A stretch of DNA of 64,000 nt from the human T2T-CHM13v2.0 reference genome, Homo sapiens. Positions 29,623-44,552 of this stretch are shown one piece after another (within the stretch, counting starts at the first letter, position 1; each line of letters opens with the position of its first letter). The notes under the pieces were generated by a model, which saw only the letters and a list, made by a program, of their open reading frames with translations, was not told the origin of the DNA and did not search any database. Position numbers and translations under genes: made by a program. The stretch lies in NCBI RefSeq assembly GCF_009914755.1, contig NC_060934.1, one strand, 5' to 3'.

Positions 29623-29879
29623 TGGCAATGAATTCAAGGATGGGCACATCCTACAGCTCACCAGCTCTACACCAGATCATGCTTCTCTCCAAAGAGAGAG
29701 CATCTGGAGACCTGGACCAACATGTTCTTAATAACGTTGTTTCTATTTTCAAAGAAAAAAAAAAATAGGAAACAACCTAAATATCCATCCACATGAGAAT
29801 GAATAAATCCAATGTAATATTATTTAAGAGTTAAAATAAGTGAATCATGGATCTATGTGGATGAGTCTCAGAAACATTA

Positions 29880-30260
<381 letters not shown>

Positions 30261-30793
30261 TCAGGGGAGTGGTGACAAGACCTGCTGGTGAAAAAATGTA
30301 CAGGGAGCTTCCCTGTTACTGGTGATGTTCTAGTTCTTACATTTGATGGCGAATTCACACGTTATCTTTTTACTATCACCCTACAAAACTTGCATGTACA
30401 CATTATATATAATCTTTTGTGTTGATCAACTATCTCACGATAAGAATATTTTCAAAGAAAGCAGGGACGCAGTTTTAAAAGTCCTGATGCAGAAACTGAG
30501 GAACCCAGAGATTAGACAAAAAACATGAGTGGGAGAAGAGAAAATGAGTATTATAACCAGTAATTCAGTTGATATTTTCAGTCAGCCAAAGACTTGGGTT
30601 TTTTCGTAAATGGCAGGTGAGCTAGTCAATGGGTATCCACCATCTGCAGAAAGTTAAATCGGCCACTCTGAGTTTCTTCATCTTAGTGAGGCTGTTTACA
30701 CCAGCAAACACAGACTTGAAGCAAGAAGGTAGGAAAAATTGCATTGAGAGAGTGTAAAAGGGTGGTGTTAAAGGGATTCCAAATATGGATTAG

Positions 30794-31103
30794 GGCCAGG
30801 CACCGTGGCTCCTGCCTGCAATTGCAGGACTTTGGGAGGCTGAGGCAGGAAGATTGCTTGAGGCGTGGAGTTTGAGACTAGCCTAGGCAACATAGCAAGG
30901 CCCCATCTCTTAAAAAAAAAAAAAAATTAAAATCAGCCAGGCATGGTGGTACATACCCATAGTCCCAGCTACTAGGGAAGCTGAGACAGGAGGAATACCT
31001 CAGCCCAGAAGTTCAAGGCTGCAGTGAGCTATGTTCACACCATTGCACTCCAGCCTGGGCAACAGAGCAAGACCCCATCTCTAAAATAATTAAATACATA
31101 CAT
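30794..31103 (+). mobile_element. AluJ
   Basis: Diverged dimer with J diagnostics; TSD core AAATATGGA. Confidence 0.9.
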
Positions 31104-32101
31104 AAATATGGAGGAGGGAGGAATCATAGAAGTTCAAGGGGATGCGTCGCATGTATCACGATAGACAAGTGCAGTGAGAACTATGCAAGGACGGAAGGTA
31201 TATATAGGAGGAGAACAGTATTTGCTTTAATGCAGCTTGTCAGAATATGTTTAACAGAAGCCTAAAATCTCAGGCACATGTATTACTGATTCGCATTATT
31301 CTGTTCTTTATTTCATACATTTCTGATACAATGAAATCCATGACTAATTTCATTACCTTTCACGACATGATAGATACTCCACATTTCTTTAAAGGGAGAT
31401 GGTGAGGGTCGCAATATTTTAAAACTACATGCAAAATTCTTAATTTGATCTGCAAAATTTAGTGCTCAATTATGTATAGTTCTTGTATAGTTCATCATCA
31501 TCTTATATCTTTCCACAGATTTTAAGGTACTAGAAAATGTAGACCACATGCTTCTTTCTCTCTCACTGCACTTTGTTTGGTGCTAAGCAGGTGCTAAGCA
31601 TAGATTAAAAGCTTAATAACCATTTCATGATTGATTACTATCTAGTTTTGTACGTTTAAGGTCTAAAATGCAGAAAATTGATTAATCTCACAATGTTAGA
31701 CGGGAATTAAACAGTCGAAAGGAAAATCTGATTAAGAGTTTTTTTTAAGGTGAAGTTAATTTTAGCAAATGTTAAGTCAAAGGAATGAGCTCAAAAGTAA
31801 ATTTGCTTTTTTATAAATTAATCTCATAATTTGTAAATCTATGGTTAATTAAATAAAATTAAAATTATAATTACCTTTTTAAACATAATTAAAAAGCATT
31901 AAAAATCATGTCCATAGATTTCTAAGCTTTCAATTAAACTTCCACTGCATTCCCAGAGGCTCTTAGTGATATTTACTGTTTTGTCAGTTTTCCATGTATA
32001 TTCACAATCCAACTTTACCAGATTTGGGGTTCTTTTACTTAAAAAAAAAAAAATGAAATTTTTTTTATTCTAAACAAAAATGCTAAATACATTAAAAATG
32101 A

Positions 32102-32415
<314 letters not shown>

Positions 32416-32480
32416 CCAAAAAGCACCTTTCAATTTCTCAATCAGTTAAGATAATTAAAAATTACCCCTAAGACACTCAA

Positions 32481-32701
32481 GTGTAGCTTAGTGTTTAAAA
32501 ATATAGCCTCAGAAATTACACAAACTTGTCTTGGGCCCTGACTCCACCATATTAGCTGTGTGACCTTAGGCAAGTTACTTAGTATCTCTGAGATTCAGTT
32601 TCCTCATATACAAAATATGCGTAATTTTAGTACAATATTGAGAGCACTTTTGTGAGAATTAAATGAGATAATACTACTGCCTGACATCTAGTAAGTGGCT
32701 C
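32481..32701 (+). mobile_element. MIR
   Basis: TAGCTGTGTGACCTTAGGCAAGTTACTT...CAGTTTCCTCAT core. Confidence 0.8.
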
Positions 32702-32842
32702 CTGTGTTCCAAGCATAGTAATGAGTGTTTTACATTATTGTGTGAGCAGAGCGAGGATGGGAAGCCCAGCGGATAAGCTGTAAGAAGTGCTCAGCACTCC
32801 TTACTGTACACACATGTTGACTCACTCACTCATCATAACTCA

Positions 32843-33231
<389 letters not shown>

Positions 33232-34017
33232 TTAATAGAATATAAATAAATAAAGGCAACAATAATTACAAGGTACATATATCATCTTCAGATAAATCTT
33301 AGCAGGTATGCACGTTAAGGTCCATTTCACAGATGAAGGAAGTTTGCAGAAGTCATGGAGCTGATGGAAGGCGGAAGTCTCTCTGACATCCACCTGCCCA
33401 GCATCTCCCCAGATGTTATCTTTCAATTTATCTGACAAGGAAAAAAATGCCAAAGCGAAAAATATCAAAGTGAACACAAGTAAGACATAAACAACATTCT
33501 GTAAATAAGCAGAAGTGAAAGTGGAACCAATTGAATATTTCTTAGTATAGGATGCCAAAAGATTTGCATAACCTAAAATTAGTTAATTTATTATCTGTAA
33601 CGGATCCTGTAGTGCCACAAAAGAGACAAATAACCTCCCAAGGTAAAGTTTAACACAACCTACATTTCAATAAAAGTGTTTTCAGGTCTTTCTGTTGAAG
33701 TCAAAAATGGTTTAAGTTTTCTTTTAGGAAAGATCAGATTAGCAGGGAAATACCATTGCCAAAATGGTAGCACTGGCAAAAATACTAATTCAAGGCAAAA
33801 TATTATATCTATATTAATAAGGAAAATTGAAGCCTAAAATATGTACACATAATCCATATTTTCACTAAGAATTTCACTAATAGCATTTAATAATTTGGAC
33901 AATTGATAAATTTTGCTTCTGAACACATGTTCTCTTAATCCTTTAGTCTCATCTTTATATGATTATAATTTTTAAATATAAATAGCTTAATTCACACACA
34001 GAATAGAATTTTTTTTT

Positions 34018-34178
34018 CTTTTTTTTTTTATTATACTTTAAGTTTTAGGGTACATGTGCACATTGTGCAGGTTAGTTACATATGTATACATGTGCCATGC
34101 TGGTGCGCTGCACCCACTAACTCGTCATCTAGCATTAGGTATATCTCCCAATGCTATCCCTCCCCCCTCCCCCAACCC
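34018..34178 (-). mobile_element. 5'-truncated young L1 (L1PA2-like) 3' end nested in an AluY tail
   Basis: Minus strand GATAGCATTGGGAGATATACCTAATGCTAGATGACGAGTTAGTGGGTGCAGCGCACCAGC (GAG diagnostic); TSD TAGAATTTTTTTTT at 34004-34017 and 34179-34192. Confidence 0.92.
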
Positions 34179-34181
34179 TAG

Positions 34182-34483
<302 letters not shown>

Positions 34484-35033
34484 ATAGAATAGAATATTAT
34501 TGAAATTACTTTGAACCAGAAGGTACCACACAAGGTTAAAATAAGGAGAGAATAAGAAATCACAACAGGGAATAGTCCTGTGTACATATTCTGAATTATA
34601 AAGTATTATGAAATAAGTAATTTCCAGTTAGAAAATAACTAATTAGGAAATGAGTCATTCAGAAAAGAAAAGCTACATCCTAACTAGCTTAAAGAAACAG
34701 GATAAACCCAGAATCAAGCAAATATAAACAAAGTGAACTAACACAAAACAGTCATGAAAGTGAAAATAACCTGTCCTAAATCTCAAAGTCTCGTCACAGC
34801 TGATAAAAGTGACAGATTATTCCTCAATGTTTCTAGATATGTAGATTGATAATGTCATTAAAATTGTTCCTAACCTCCCTCTCATACCTGCAATGGCATT
34901 ATTGATCAGGCAAACATCAACTGTTTTTCTATAACAAGACATAATTCTTCCACTCTACAAAACTGAAAAAAGAAGAAAAAAACTCTGTAAACAGCAAAAG
35001 AGAAAAAGAAATACAAATTTAAAAATCAATATA

Positions 35034-35355
<322 letters not shown>

Positions 35356-35812
35356 TTATACTTAGTGTGTATACAAATGACACAAAGGGATGACAGACAG
35401 CATGGATCTCAAAAAGTCATTTTAATCAAAGCATGTAAAAGATTATTTCCTTACTGCTGAATTTCATTTAAAATATAAATCTCCTAGAATTTTTTACAGG
35501 TTATTTAAAAAATCTATGTTACAACTAGAAATAGAGCACTAATTCACGTCTTCCATAAGAAAGAAACTATTAAAAATAAATATATTAGAAGTGTTGAAGA
35601 GTTACATGAAGAATTATGGCTTCTTAGCTAACCGTAAGAGCTCCACATTAATTACAGTGTCAGTTGTAAGAAATGCTGGAATGTTGTCTCCCTGCTATGT
35701 AACAGCAGGTATGATTTATTGAAGACCTATAAGGTGTCAGACATTGTTCTAGGCACTTAACAGACTATCCTGATTAATCTTCAAAATCACTTTGTAAAAA
35801 AGATATTTTACC

Positions 35813-36120
35813 TTTTTCTTTTTTTTTTTTTTTAAGAGACAGAGTATTGCTTTGTCACCCAGGATGGAGTGCAGTGGCATGATCATGGCTCAGTGCAGCC
35901 TCCAATCTCCTAAGCTCAAGCAATCCTCCCACCTCAGCCCCCGGCATAGCTAGGACTTTGGGCATGAGCAACCATGTCCAGCTAATTTTTTCTTCAATTT
36001 TGTAGAGACAGGGTCACACTATATTTCCCAGGCTGGTCTCAAATTCCGGGCCTCAAGTGATCCTCCTGCATCTGTCTCCCAATATGCTAGGATTGTAGAC
36101 ATAAGCCATCGCTCCCAGAC
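35813..36120 (-). mobile_element. AluJ
   Basis: Diverged reverse dimer. Confidence 0.9.
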
Positions 36121-36144
36121 TACCATTTTTTTACATAGAAAAAA

Positions 36145-36635
36145 TGTATCAGAAACCTATAATTTGATCTACCCAAATCCTCCCTCCTTCTAGTAATGGT
36201 CCTGAGCCTCTTTCTCTTCATGTAGACTTTGTCAAGAGGTGCCATTTTTTAATTTAACCTCCTTCTTTAACCACCATGGATTGGCCTCATTTGGCCTAAG
36301 CCAGTCCAAGTCAAGAGGTTTGATTTAGGAACTAGAACCCAAAGTCTGGAGTGAATCTTTCTCTCTAGTGAATAAAACTCTAAGACATCAAACTTTAGAA
36401 CTATCAACAGCCATGTTTGCCATCACAGATGTGGAGGAACAGATGCAGTTCATCTGCCAAAAAGAGTCCTGGTCTGATGGCATTTGAATCCTGACCTCCC
36501 ACTGTTCCTGAAGACCAAGCAGGCACACTTCTGCCCTTGGATTTTATACCCCAGTATCCTCAAAATTCTCATTTTGTTCAAGTTAATGAGCATTGGGTAC
36601 TTTTATCACTTGTGACCAAGAATTCTAACTAATAT
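36145..36635 (+). mobile_element. Old MLT1 (J/K-like) LTR
   Basis: TGT start; CACTTGTGACCAAGAATTCTAACTAATA end motif. Confidence 0.55.
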
Positions 36636-36702
36636 GAGAAACTGAGGCTTAGTGGTTTAGTGGTTACAACCCAGGACCAGCATTGCCATCTGTGAATAGT
36701 AG

Positions 36703-37119
<417 letters not shown>

Positions 37120-38607
37120 TTGAAATGTAATTTAAATAAAAATATATCATTATTTTTCAAAAGACTAGATTCTAAACAATGTAAACAAGATCTGAAATAA
37201 TTTTTAAATTGTTCTTACATGTTACATACATTAGCCAATTAACCTTTAATGGTTACACATACTACCAATTAGATGCTCAGTAGGTGTCCATCAAATGAGT
37301 AAATAACTAAGATAACTACTTAAAATGACCTGTAAAATAACTGCAGTCTTAAAGCACCAACTTAGAAAAGTGTGTAGGTTAATTTGCTAGTCTGACTTTT
37401 AAAAATTAACGTGAATTTTCAACAGGAAAAAAATGGATACTAAATAATTCAAGAAAATCCCAAACTTTGTTAACATTATAATTAGAAAAACTATTGCATG
37501 AGTTTGTGCTTCAGTTCATCTATTATCTTGATTGTATTTCTATGAAGTTTCAAGTTTCATGATTCGATATAATTCCATGGTGTTACAGGTACAATTATAT
37601 TTGTCCTTTGCTGACTCCAAATGGTCCCCTCAGCCTGAACACACTAACGGGCTCCAAGCAAGTCCAGTTCTAGGTCAGTTTCCCAAAATGACATAGGACC
37701 ATTCTTTTTCCTCTACAATAAATACCTCAAGAGCCTATCATATTGTTTTCTTTGTAATGTAGATATAAAGAACTGGACTTTATAATTACAAAGAGAAAGA
37801 GTTAAAAATAAGATCTTAAAAGTACTAGAAGTGGGAAAGAGGGGCCAGTTTGAGGTTGACATGGATAAGTGTTTCGACTTCTCTTAAGAATCCTAATTTT
37901 GGAATGTCATTCTGCTTGGGCCCATGAATGGCTCACTCCTACATTTCATAGTTCATGAGAGTACAGCTATTTGAGAAACAGCAATAAGTTGGCATTGCCA
38001 ATGAGCCAGGTGGTTCCACTATGTGGAAACCATCTGGTCCGAGTTTTCTCTTTGTCAGCACCATCAATACATCAGTAGCAAGAGCTATTATAGGGATTGT
38101 GTATGTTTCATTTCTTTAAATAAACTCAAACAAAACTACCCTGAATGTAAATTTGTTATTTCTTTGAATTGTTCTTTCAGAGTATAACGAAACCCACGTC
38201 AAGATGAGTTACACTTGAATACCTACAGTCATTACATAACTTTACAAAACAAGGTGGCAAAAGACTGGAAGCCTGCCTCCAACTCCAGCATCTCTTGGAC
38301 ATGTTAACCATTCACGAGGTAACTACTGCCCAACCTAGCACTAGCAAAATGAGGAATTTTCTGCTGAGGTAGCTGCCAAAGGAAATCTATGTGTCCATAT
38401 AGATATATATGTGGGCTGTAAAGAGATTTAGATAGAGGTGTTATTTAATCAGTCAAGAAAAACAAAAAGAAGGGGCTCTGAGAAACTTAAACCTAATTAA
38501 TCAGAGGCCCTACTGACCCCATCCAGTGGACAATATGACAAGCCAATGAGCAATACTCATCAAATCACTGCCTGTATTGTGAAAAATCTATGACAAAAAT
38601 ATGCTTC

Positions 38608-39510
38608 CAAGTTTGGAGATTTCAGCTGGGTATGGTGGCTCACACCTGTAATCCCAGCACTTTGGGAGGCCAAGGGAGGCAAATCACTTGAGGTCAGGAG
38701 TTCAAGACCAGCCTAGCCAACATGGTGAAACCCCATCTCTACTAAAAATACAAAAAAAAAAATTAGCTGAGCATGGTGGCGGGCACCTGTAATCCCAGCT
38801 ACTTGGGAGGCTGAGGCAGGAGAATCGTTTGCACCCAGGAGGCAGAAGTTGGCAGTGAGCCGAGATCACACCACTGCACTCCAGCCTGGGCGACTGAGAC
38901 TCTATATTAAAAAAAAAAAAAAAAAGTTTGGAGATTTCTCAAAGAACTGAAAAATAGAATTACCATTCGACCCAACAATCCCATACTAGGTACATACCCA
39001 AAAGAACATAAATTGTTCCACCAAAAAGACAACTGCACTTGTACATTTATCACAGCAGTAGTCACAATTGCAAAGACATGGAATCAACCCAGGTGTTCAT
39101 CAATGGTGAACTGAAGAAAGAAAAGGTGCTACATATACACCATGGAATACTATGCAGCCATAAAAAATAATAAGATCATGCCCTTTGCAGCCACATGGAT
39201 CGAGCTAGAGGCCATTATCCTAAGCAAATTAATGTAGAAACAGAAAACCAAATACCACATGTTCTCACTTATAAATAGGAGCTAAACATTGAGAACACCT
39301 GGACGCAAAGATGGGAACAATAGACACTGGGGACTTCAAAAGGGAGGAGGGAGGGAGGGAGGCAGGGGTTGAAAAACTACCTGTGAGATGCTATGCTCAC
39401 TATTCAGGCAACAGCAACATTAGAAGGCCAAACCTCAGCATCACACAATATACCCATGTAACAAACCTGCATATGTATTCCTGAATCTACATTAAAAAAA
39501 AAAAAAAAAA
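38608..39510 (+). mobile_element. 5'-truncated old primate L1 (L1PA16/17-L1PB4-like), interrupted by an Alu
   Basis: ORF2 end and 3'UTR (CATGTTCTCACTTATA, GGTTGAAAAACTACC, GTAACAAACCTGCA) with A tail; degenerate TSD AAAAA..TGCTTC. Confidence 0.88.
38624..38923 (+). mobile_element. Alu (AluSx-like)
   Basis: Perfect 15-bp TSD AAGTTTGGAGATTTC at 38609-38623 and 38924-38938. Confidence 0.95.
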
Positions 39511-41045
39511 GTGCTTCAGGTCCTTACCTGTACCTAAACAAAGGAACATAGCCAACCAAAAACACTAGGCTTTCTGTAATACACATATGTGAAGAGATAC
39601 TGGCATTAATAAACCTTGTCTTTTAAGCCCTTAATCTCAGTTTCAGTCAAAGATAAAGTTTCCAGTCCAGGTGTTTTTATCAGAACACCCAAAGTCAAAT
39701 CTCCCTAAATGCCAGCATCTACCTTCCAAAGGCCGACCTCCATTTCACTGCCCTTTAGATAGAAGCCGGAAGTCAGCACGTCACATTCACTTAAGAAGGG
39801 ACAAATTAAAGAGGTTAAAGTACTGACCTAAAGTTAAAAGAGAAAGAAAGTGAGGCTGTAAGGGATTTTGCTTTCTTCTAGTGGCAGGTCGTCTTCGTTC
39901 CCCCATTTCTTAACCAATGTTTGACTTGTCAAAATTGCTTTGCTTCATCTGCACCTGACATCTAAATCATGTGACAGGCACATAACCTTATCAAATTTCT
40001 AGTTATAGTACAAATAGAGGTAACAAACCATATCCACTGAAACTGATAACGGCTCACACAAAGAGCTGAAAGGCTGGGCTTGCAAGACAAGGGAGAGGCA
40101 TCACAGATAGGCGAGCTGGCCTGTGAGCCCACAGGAGGAGGAGGAGGAGGAGCTGCCCAGATGAAAGGCTAATTCCACCAAATCCAATTGGTACTCAAAT
40201 CCTTCTGCCAGAGATTGAATCAATCAAAAGACCCCGCACTGGGGTGAAAAAAAACTGTGAAATCAGTGGTGTTAGCTTGTTCCAACTAGCATTTAAACTT
40301 AAAAGGCAAATGTAACAAAAGCATCAGAATGGTACCTTTGAAAGTTGTCTGCCAACCACAGTTTGCCCTAATACGTTGCCAGGTTATGAAGTACCACTTC
40401 CTAATTCAGTCTTGCAATGCAAGGAATACTAAATACAGCCCCGGTTTTATCTGTAACTCAAGCCTAACGTTCCTGCTCATCTCTAGGATTTGCTCGGAAA
40501 CAAACAAGAAAATAGGATCTGCCACGAAAAGAATACAGTATTTTAAGGGAATAGATTACATTGAAAATTAATCTTAAAATGTGGTATGAAACACACATCC
40601 TTTTAAAAATCTTTTTTGTTTATTTAAATGCTCTGGGCTCCTAACGCTTCAGGAAATACTGCAGAAGAAAATAAGGAAATAGATATGAAAAATAGATGTA
40701 GTCAGCTAGGCAATTCCCCAGCTAAAAGACAGACCCGAAATGAGATTCAAGTTTATCCAACCATAAATATTCCATCTTCCCCAACACTTCCCTGGTCTGA
40801 GACCTTTTATCCTAGTCTCAGGAAGGGCTCCTCTAAGACTGAATAGTCTAATCAGAACACCAAATCTTTTTAGTTTTCTAAATGAAGACAGATCAATAAT
40901 ATCCCGAAGAATAGAGAGCTTATTCAAGTAATATACAAGGCCATTTGTGAGTCTATCCTATTTATGACATTTCTCAGTAAAATTAACAAGAAAAGCTAAC
41001 CAAAAAAAAAAACGAGTTATTTGATTAAATCAAAAATTTAGAAAG

Positions 41046-41339
41046 GGCTGGGTGCAGTGGCTCACATCTGTAATTTCAGTGCTTTCAGAGGCCAAGGTGG
41101 AAGGATTGGTTGAGGCCAGGAGTTCGAGAACAGCCTGTGCAACATAGCAAGAACTGGTCTCTAATAAAAATTTAAAAAAATTAGCCAGGAGTGGTGGTGC
41201 ATGCCTGTGTTCCCAGCTACTCAGGAGGCTGAGGTGGATTGCCCGTACCCAGGAGTTTGAGGCTGCAGTGAGCCGTGATTGTGCCACTGCACTCCAGCCT
41301 GGAAGCCAGAGCGAGACCCTATCTCAAAAAAAAAAAAAA
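41046..41339 (+). mobile_element. AluJ
   Basis: Diverged dimer with A tail. Confidence 0.9.
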
Positions 41340-41705
41340 GTTTGGAAAGGTGTGGAGCATCCAGTAATCAAAACAATTGCTGCTAAAAATAAAAGTTGGA
41401 GCCACTCGAGAGCAAGAGGAGTATGTCTCCATATCTACCCCTAGAAAGTCTCCTCATGCACAAGGATAAATAGCACAGTGAAATCTGCAATCTAAATGTC
41501 TCAATACACAGATAAGACAGCATACAGTCATATTACGGCATCTTAGGCATCAGTTAAAATTAAGTAAGTAAATAAGTAAAAATTAAATCAATTCTATTTC
41601 TCTAGCTGAATCACCATAACTCTGCAAAACAATATTAGATGAAAAAAAAAGCAAGCTGGAGGATAAATATAGAATATGAAATCTTTTATTAAAATAATAC
41701 ACGTA

Positions 41706-41840
41706 GGACTGGGCACGGTGGCTCACGCCTGTTATCCCAACACTTTGTGAGACAGAGGTGGGAGGACTGCTTGAGACCAGGAGTTGGAGACCAGCCTGGG
41801 CAAAAGAGCAAGACCTTGTCTCTACAATAATAATAATGAT
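41706..41840 (+). mobile_element. FLAM / Alu left monomer
   Basis: Monomer with (AAT)n tail; TSD ATAATACAC(G/A)TA. Confidence 0.87.
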
Positions 41841-42202
41841 AATACACATATAAGATTGTATTTTCTATGAGTATTTATTTAGATATATAAATGAAGAAAA
41901 AAAAAAGAAAAACCTGGAAAAATGTACACCAAAATGCCAAATGGTAGGAATGGTCCTTTGAGAGCATGAAAGAGAAGATGCAAAAGGTGGTCAAGAGAGC
42001 CCAGGTGGTCATTAGCCTTGTCTATACTATTTTTATTTCTTACATGTAATGTATTTATGTTTTACTCGTATAATTCTCAGAAGAGATCTAATATTATTAC
42101 TTCAAGAAAACATGCCACATTATTTTAGATCTTTCAATGTACAGAGTAGAATTGCATCGTGAAATGCTTATCCCATAGATTCTCTTTATTCTGATTGACT
42201 GA

Positions 42203-42561
<359 letters not shown>

Positions 42562-43520
42562 ACACAGTTTAATTTAAAATTTTAAGATGTGAATATATTC
42601 TTTTAAAGTGTCTCATTTCCACAAAAAAAAAAAAACAAACCATAAAATTCACCATGAGATGAGTTTCTGTAGAAATTCCATAGGGCTTGTATTCAAAGAA
42701 CTCAATTTAAATGGCTTAACTTGCTAGCAAATATTTGTGTGTTTGTAGCCTATACAGAAGTATACAGTGTTGGAGTTGGTATCACCTATAAAACTCAAAT
42801 GTCATCAGTGAATGGGCTAAGCCATACTTTTGTCCAGCTCTGGTGGTCACAAAGAAAAGTTTCTTTTTGTTCAGAAACATAAAAAAGTTTTTTTTGTTCC
42901 AGAACAAAAAGAACAAAAAAAAAAGTTTCTTTTTGTTCAGAAACAAAAGAACCAGAAAAAGAAAAAAAAATATATTTAGGTGCTTGAGAAAGAAGAAGAG
43001 ACACTGAAAGAAAAGTAGAGAAGAAAGAAAAATAAACAGGCAGATGTACAAACACCTGCAGTGCACATACAATCGTTGGTTAAGGTCATGTACATATATA
43101 GCGTGCATGGTACAAACAGTGCAGGTAGCATGGAGGTGACCACCAGTAACCAGTGGCCTTACACTTGGTAAAGTATCAGCCAGGGGCCCTAGAACAGAGA
43201 GAGCCTCTATACCTCAAGACCAGTGTGAAGGCAAAGATCCACATCTGCCATTCCCTCCCCAGGCTCTAGAAATTGCATCAGGTACAAACTTAGCAGGTTG
43301 ATCACTATCCTAGCTCCCATCTCTTCCTGGCTGCCTTTGTTAACAAAAGTGAGACTGATTTTCTTTGTAAGTATCAATGCTTTTTGAATCATCTTATAAA
43401 CAAAGCATATTTTAAGTTTATTACTTCTTCCTTCTAACAGGCAAGAATTTAATATTCTTCCAAGGCTGGTAAGAACTGTGCTTAAGACATTCCACCGAAG
43501 TCTCAGAGTCTCATCTAACA

Positions 43521-43691
<171 letters not shown>

Positions 43692-44044
43692 TAAAATTCC
43701 ACTTAAACACACAGGTTAATTCACTGTCTTACAACGTAGTACCTGGTCAAACTTGATGTGTCCTAAAGATAGAGAACACATAAAGTTCAAAATATAGATA
43801 TACTGATTTGAGGACAGGTCCTGCTGGAGGCACAGTCTACCCGAAATGGCTTCAAACACTAATACAGGCCAGAAAAGAAAAAAAAAAAAGACATTCTAAT
43901 GTTGACTTCACAAACACAGGAAAATTATTTATCTCACCCCCTTCCTAGTATTATGAAGAATTCTACTGCATCTCATAAAAAAAACACACACAAAATTATA
44001 AAACAATCACTTTATAAAGTAAAAAACAAAAATTTCATATATAC

Positions 44045-44552
44045 TGTGGTCAGCATTTGTCATTCCTTGAGCAGTCAGCAACCTACATCCCTTCTTTGGG
44101 TAACAGCACCCTGACTTGCTTCTGAAAACTCAGCACTCCTTATCTCTCCCAAGGCTGGATAACATGACTTGGGACTGGCTAATCAGAGTATCATACTTCC
44201 CTATTTCAGTGACTTGTTCAGCCATGGACATGATATCCAGTCAGGGCCAGAGAGACCCACTGACACCGGTGATAGGGGCCTCTCTTCCACTGGACTGACA
44301 GCTACAAGGATGTAGGCTGAAGGTCTGGCAGCCACCTTGCGACCATGAGGTAAGCCTGCCTGAAAATGGAGTTGTCACAGAAGACATGAATTGAGAGATA
44401 GAAATAAACAGCCTATGAGCCCCTCTTAGCAGCCTTGCCCTAATGCCAGTTTCACCTCCCTGGACTCCTCAGGCACCAGAACCAACAATGCCAATGACAA
44501 TTGGAGTTGAGATATCTGGCATTTCTAACAAAAAGAATTCCTAACTGATACA
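44045..44552 (+). mobile_element. Old MLT1 (J/K-like) solo LTR
   Basis: TGTGG start; AACAAAAAGAATTCCTAACTGATACA end. Confidence 0.6.
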
